A stretch of 64,000 nt of DNA from Rhizophagus irregularis (taxonomy: Eukaryota). A program made the position numbers and the translations under genes. Below the pieces are notes generated by a model. The model saw only the letters and a list, made by a program, of their open reading frames with translations, made no database searches and was not told the origin of the DNA. Shown here in pieces: positions 63,306 to 64,000 of this stretch; the stretch's first letter is position 1; each line of letters begins with the position of its first letter. The stretch is taken from contig NC_089433.1 in assembly GCF_026210795.1 (NCBI RefSeq), positions 1,984,001 to 2,048,000 on the forward strand, written 5' to 3'.

Positions 63306-64000
63306 TACTTTCAATTCCTGCAGTAAATATTTTTGAGATACAATATATCAAACCCAAGATTCTCAACTGACTCCGTACCATTCTTCATGACACGATTAGC
63401 TTTATTTAAAGCATATACTCACTTTGTGTAACCATTATTTCCTTATATGGAAAGTATTACACAATAAGAATTTATAATTTAGGCCAGAATTACAAACAAT
63501 TTTTTGTAATTCTAGCCAGAATTAAGATATACCTATATGACACTTATTTCTTTGCCTTCCTACATATAAATCATATGATTCTGACTTCATAGCATAAAAA
63601 ACTTTCTCCCATTACTCTCGCGACAATATTTACAAAAAATAAAAATTTTTTCAAAGTATAATTTTACTATTACTTTGCGTTACTACTAACTATTACATAT
63701 TTTCTAGTACCTACTGCTTTCTATAATCATGACAAGTAAATGAAATAATAAAGCTTCTGGTTCTTCTGCTATAAAACGTTCTACTCAGAGTTCTCCTTCT
63801 GGCAACGTTCAAGGTCAAGGTTCCTCTACTTCCACTCCCGTTAATACTTGCAACCTTTGGCTAACACTTCTGCAAAACGCATAAAAGTCTCTGGATTTGA
63901 AACTATTATGAACCAAGATATCGTTATCCCTCCTCCTCCTGCTCCTCAGAATACTACTTCAACTTCTTCTACTCCTCTTGGTAATACAAACGCTTCTACC

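Noticed and set aside
63600..64000. Possible 5' end of another LINE (Ser/Thr/Pro-rich ORF1 start)
   Set aside because: It has an early stop, no diagnostic motif, and is cut off by the window edge.

Overview
This is AT-rich, intron-containing eukaryotic DNA dense in transposons. The Crinkler genes, short GT-AG introns and repeat families suggest an arbuscular mycorrhizal fungus (Glomeromycotina, Rhizophagus-like); that assignment is an inference. The left part (1-11.4 kb) holds a decayed LINE on the minus strand and nested MITEs. The centre (11404-42095) is a 30,692-bp integrated virus-like DNA element with 1,414-bp terminal inverted repeats (TIRs), AGT...ACT ends and a 5-bp target-site duplication (TSD, GGATT). 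Each end is a perfect 60-bp palindrome. It carries a Maverick/Polinton-type rve integrase and an A32-like packaging ATPase, but no recognisable protein-primed PolB or jelly-roll capsid. Instead it encodes an AEP primase-polymerase/UL9-like helicase fusion, a tyrosine recombinase with protelomerase-like motif order, and a Gag-zinc knuckle-aspartic protease module with an A_AAA_AAC -1 slippery site but no RT or LTRs. It also carries a nuclease, an F-box gene and host-type cargo (a Crinkler REase-kinase and a spliced nuclease-fold gene). The best candidate for a new system is a hairpin-telomere, protelomerase-resolved, integrase-inserted linear element; several core genes in this copy are frameshifted. 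The right part (42-64 kb) holds pseudogenes, a Tse2-like gene and a nested stack of DNA transposons, including two CACTA/Plavaka-like elements inserted at identical spacing from the same 10-bp motif. All family calls come from motif recognition by eye; no searches were run.
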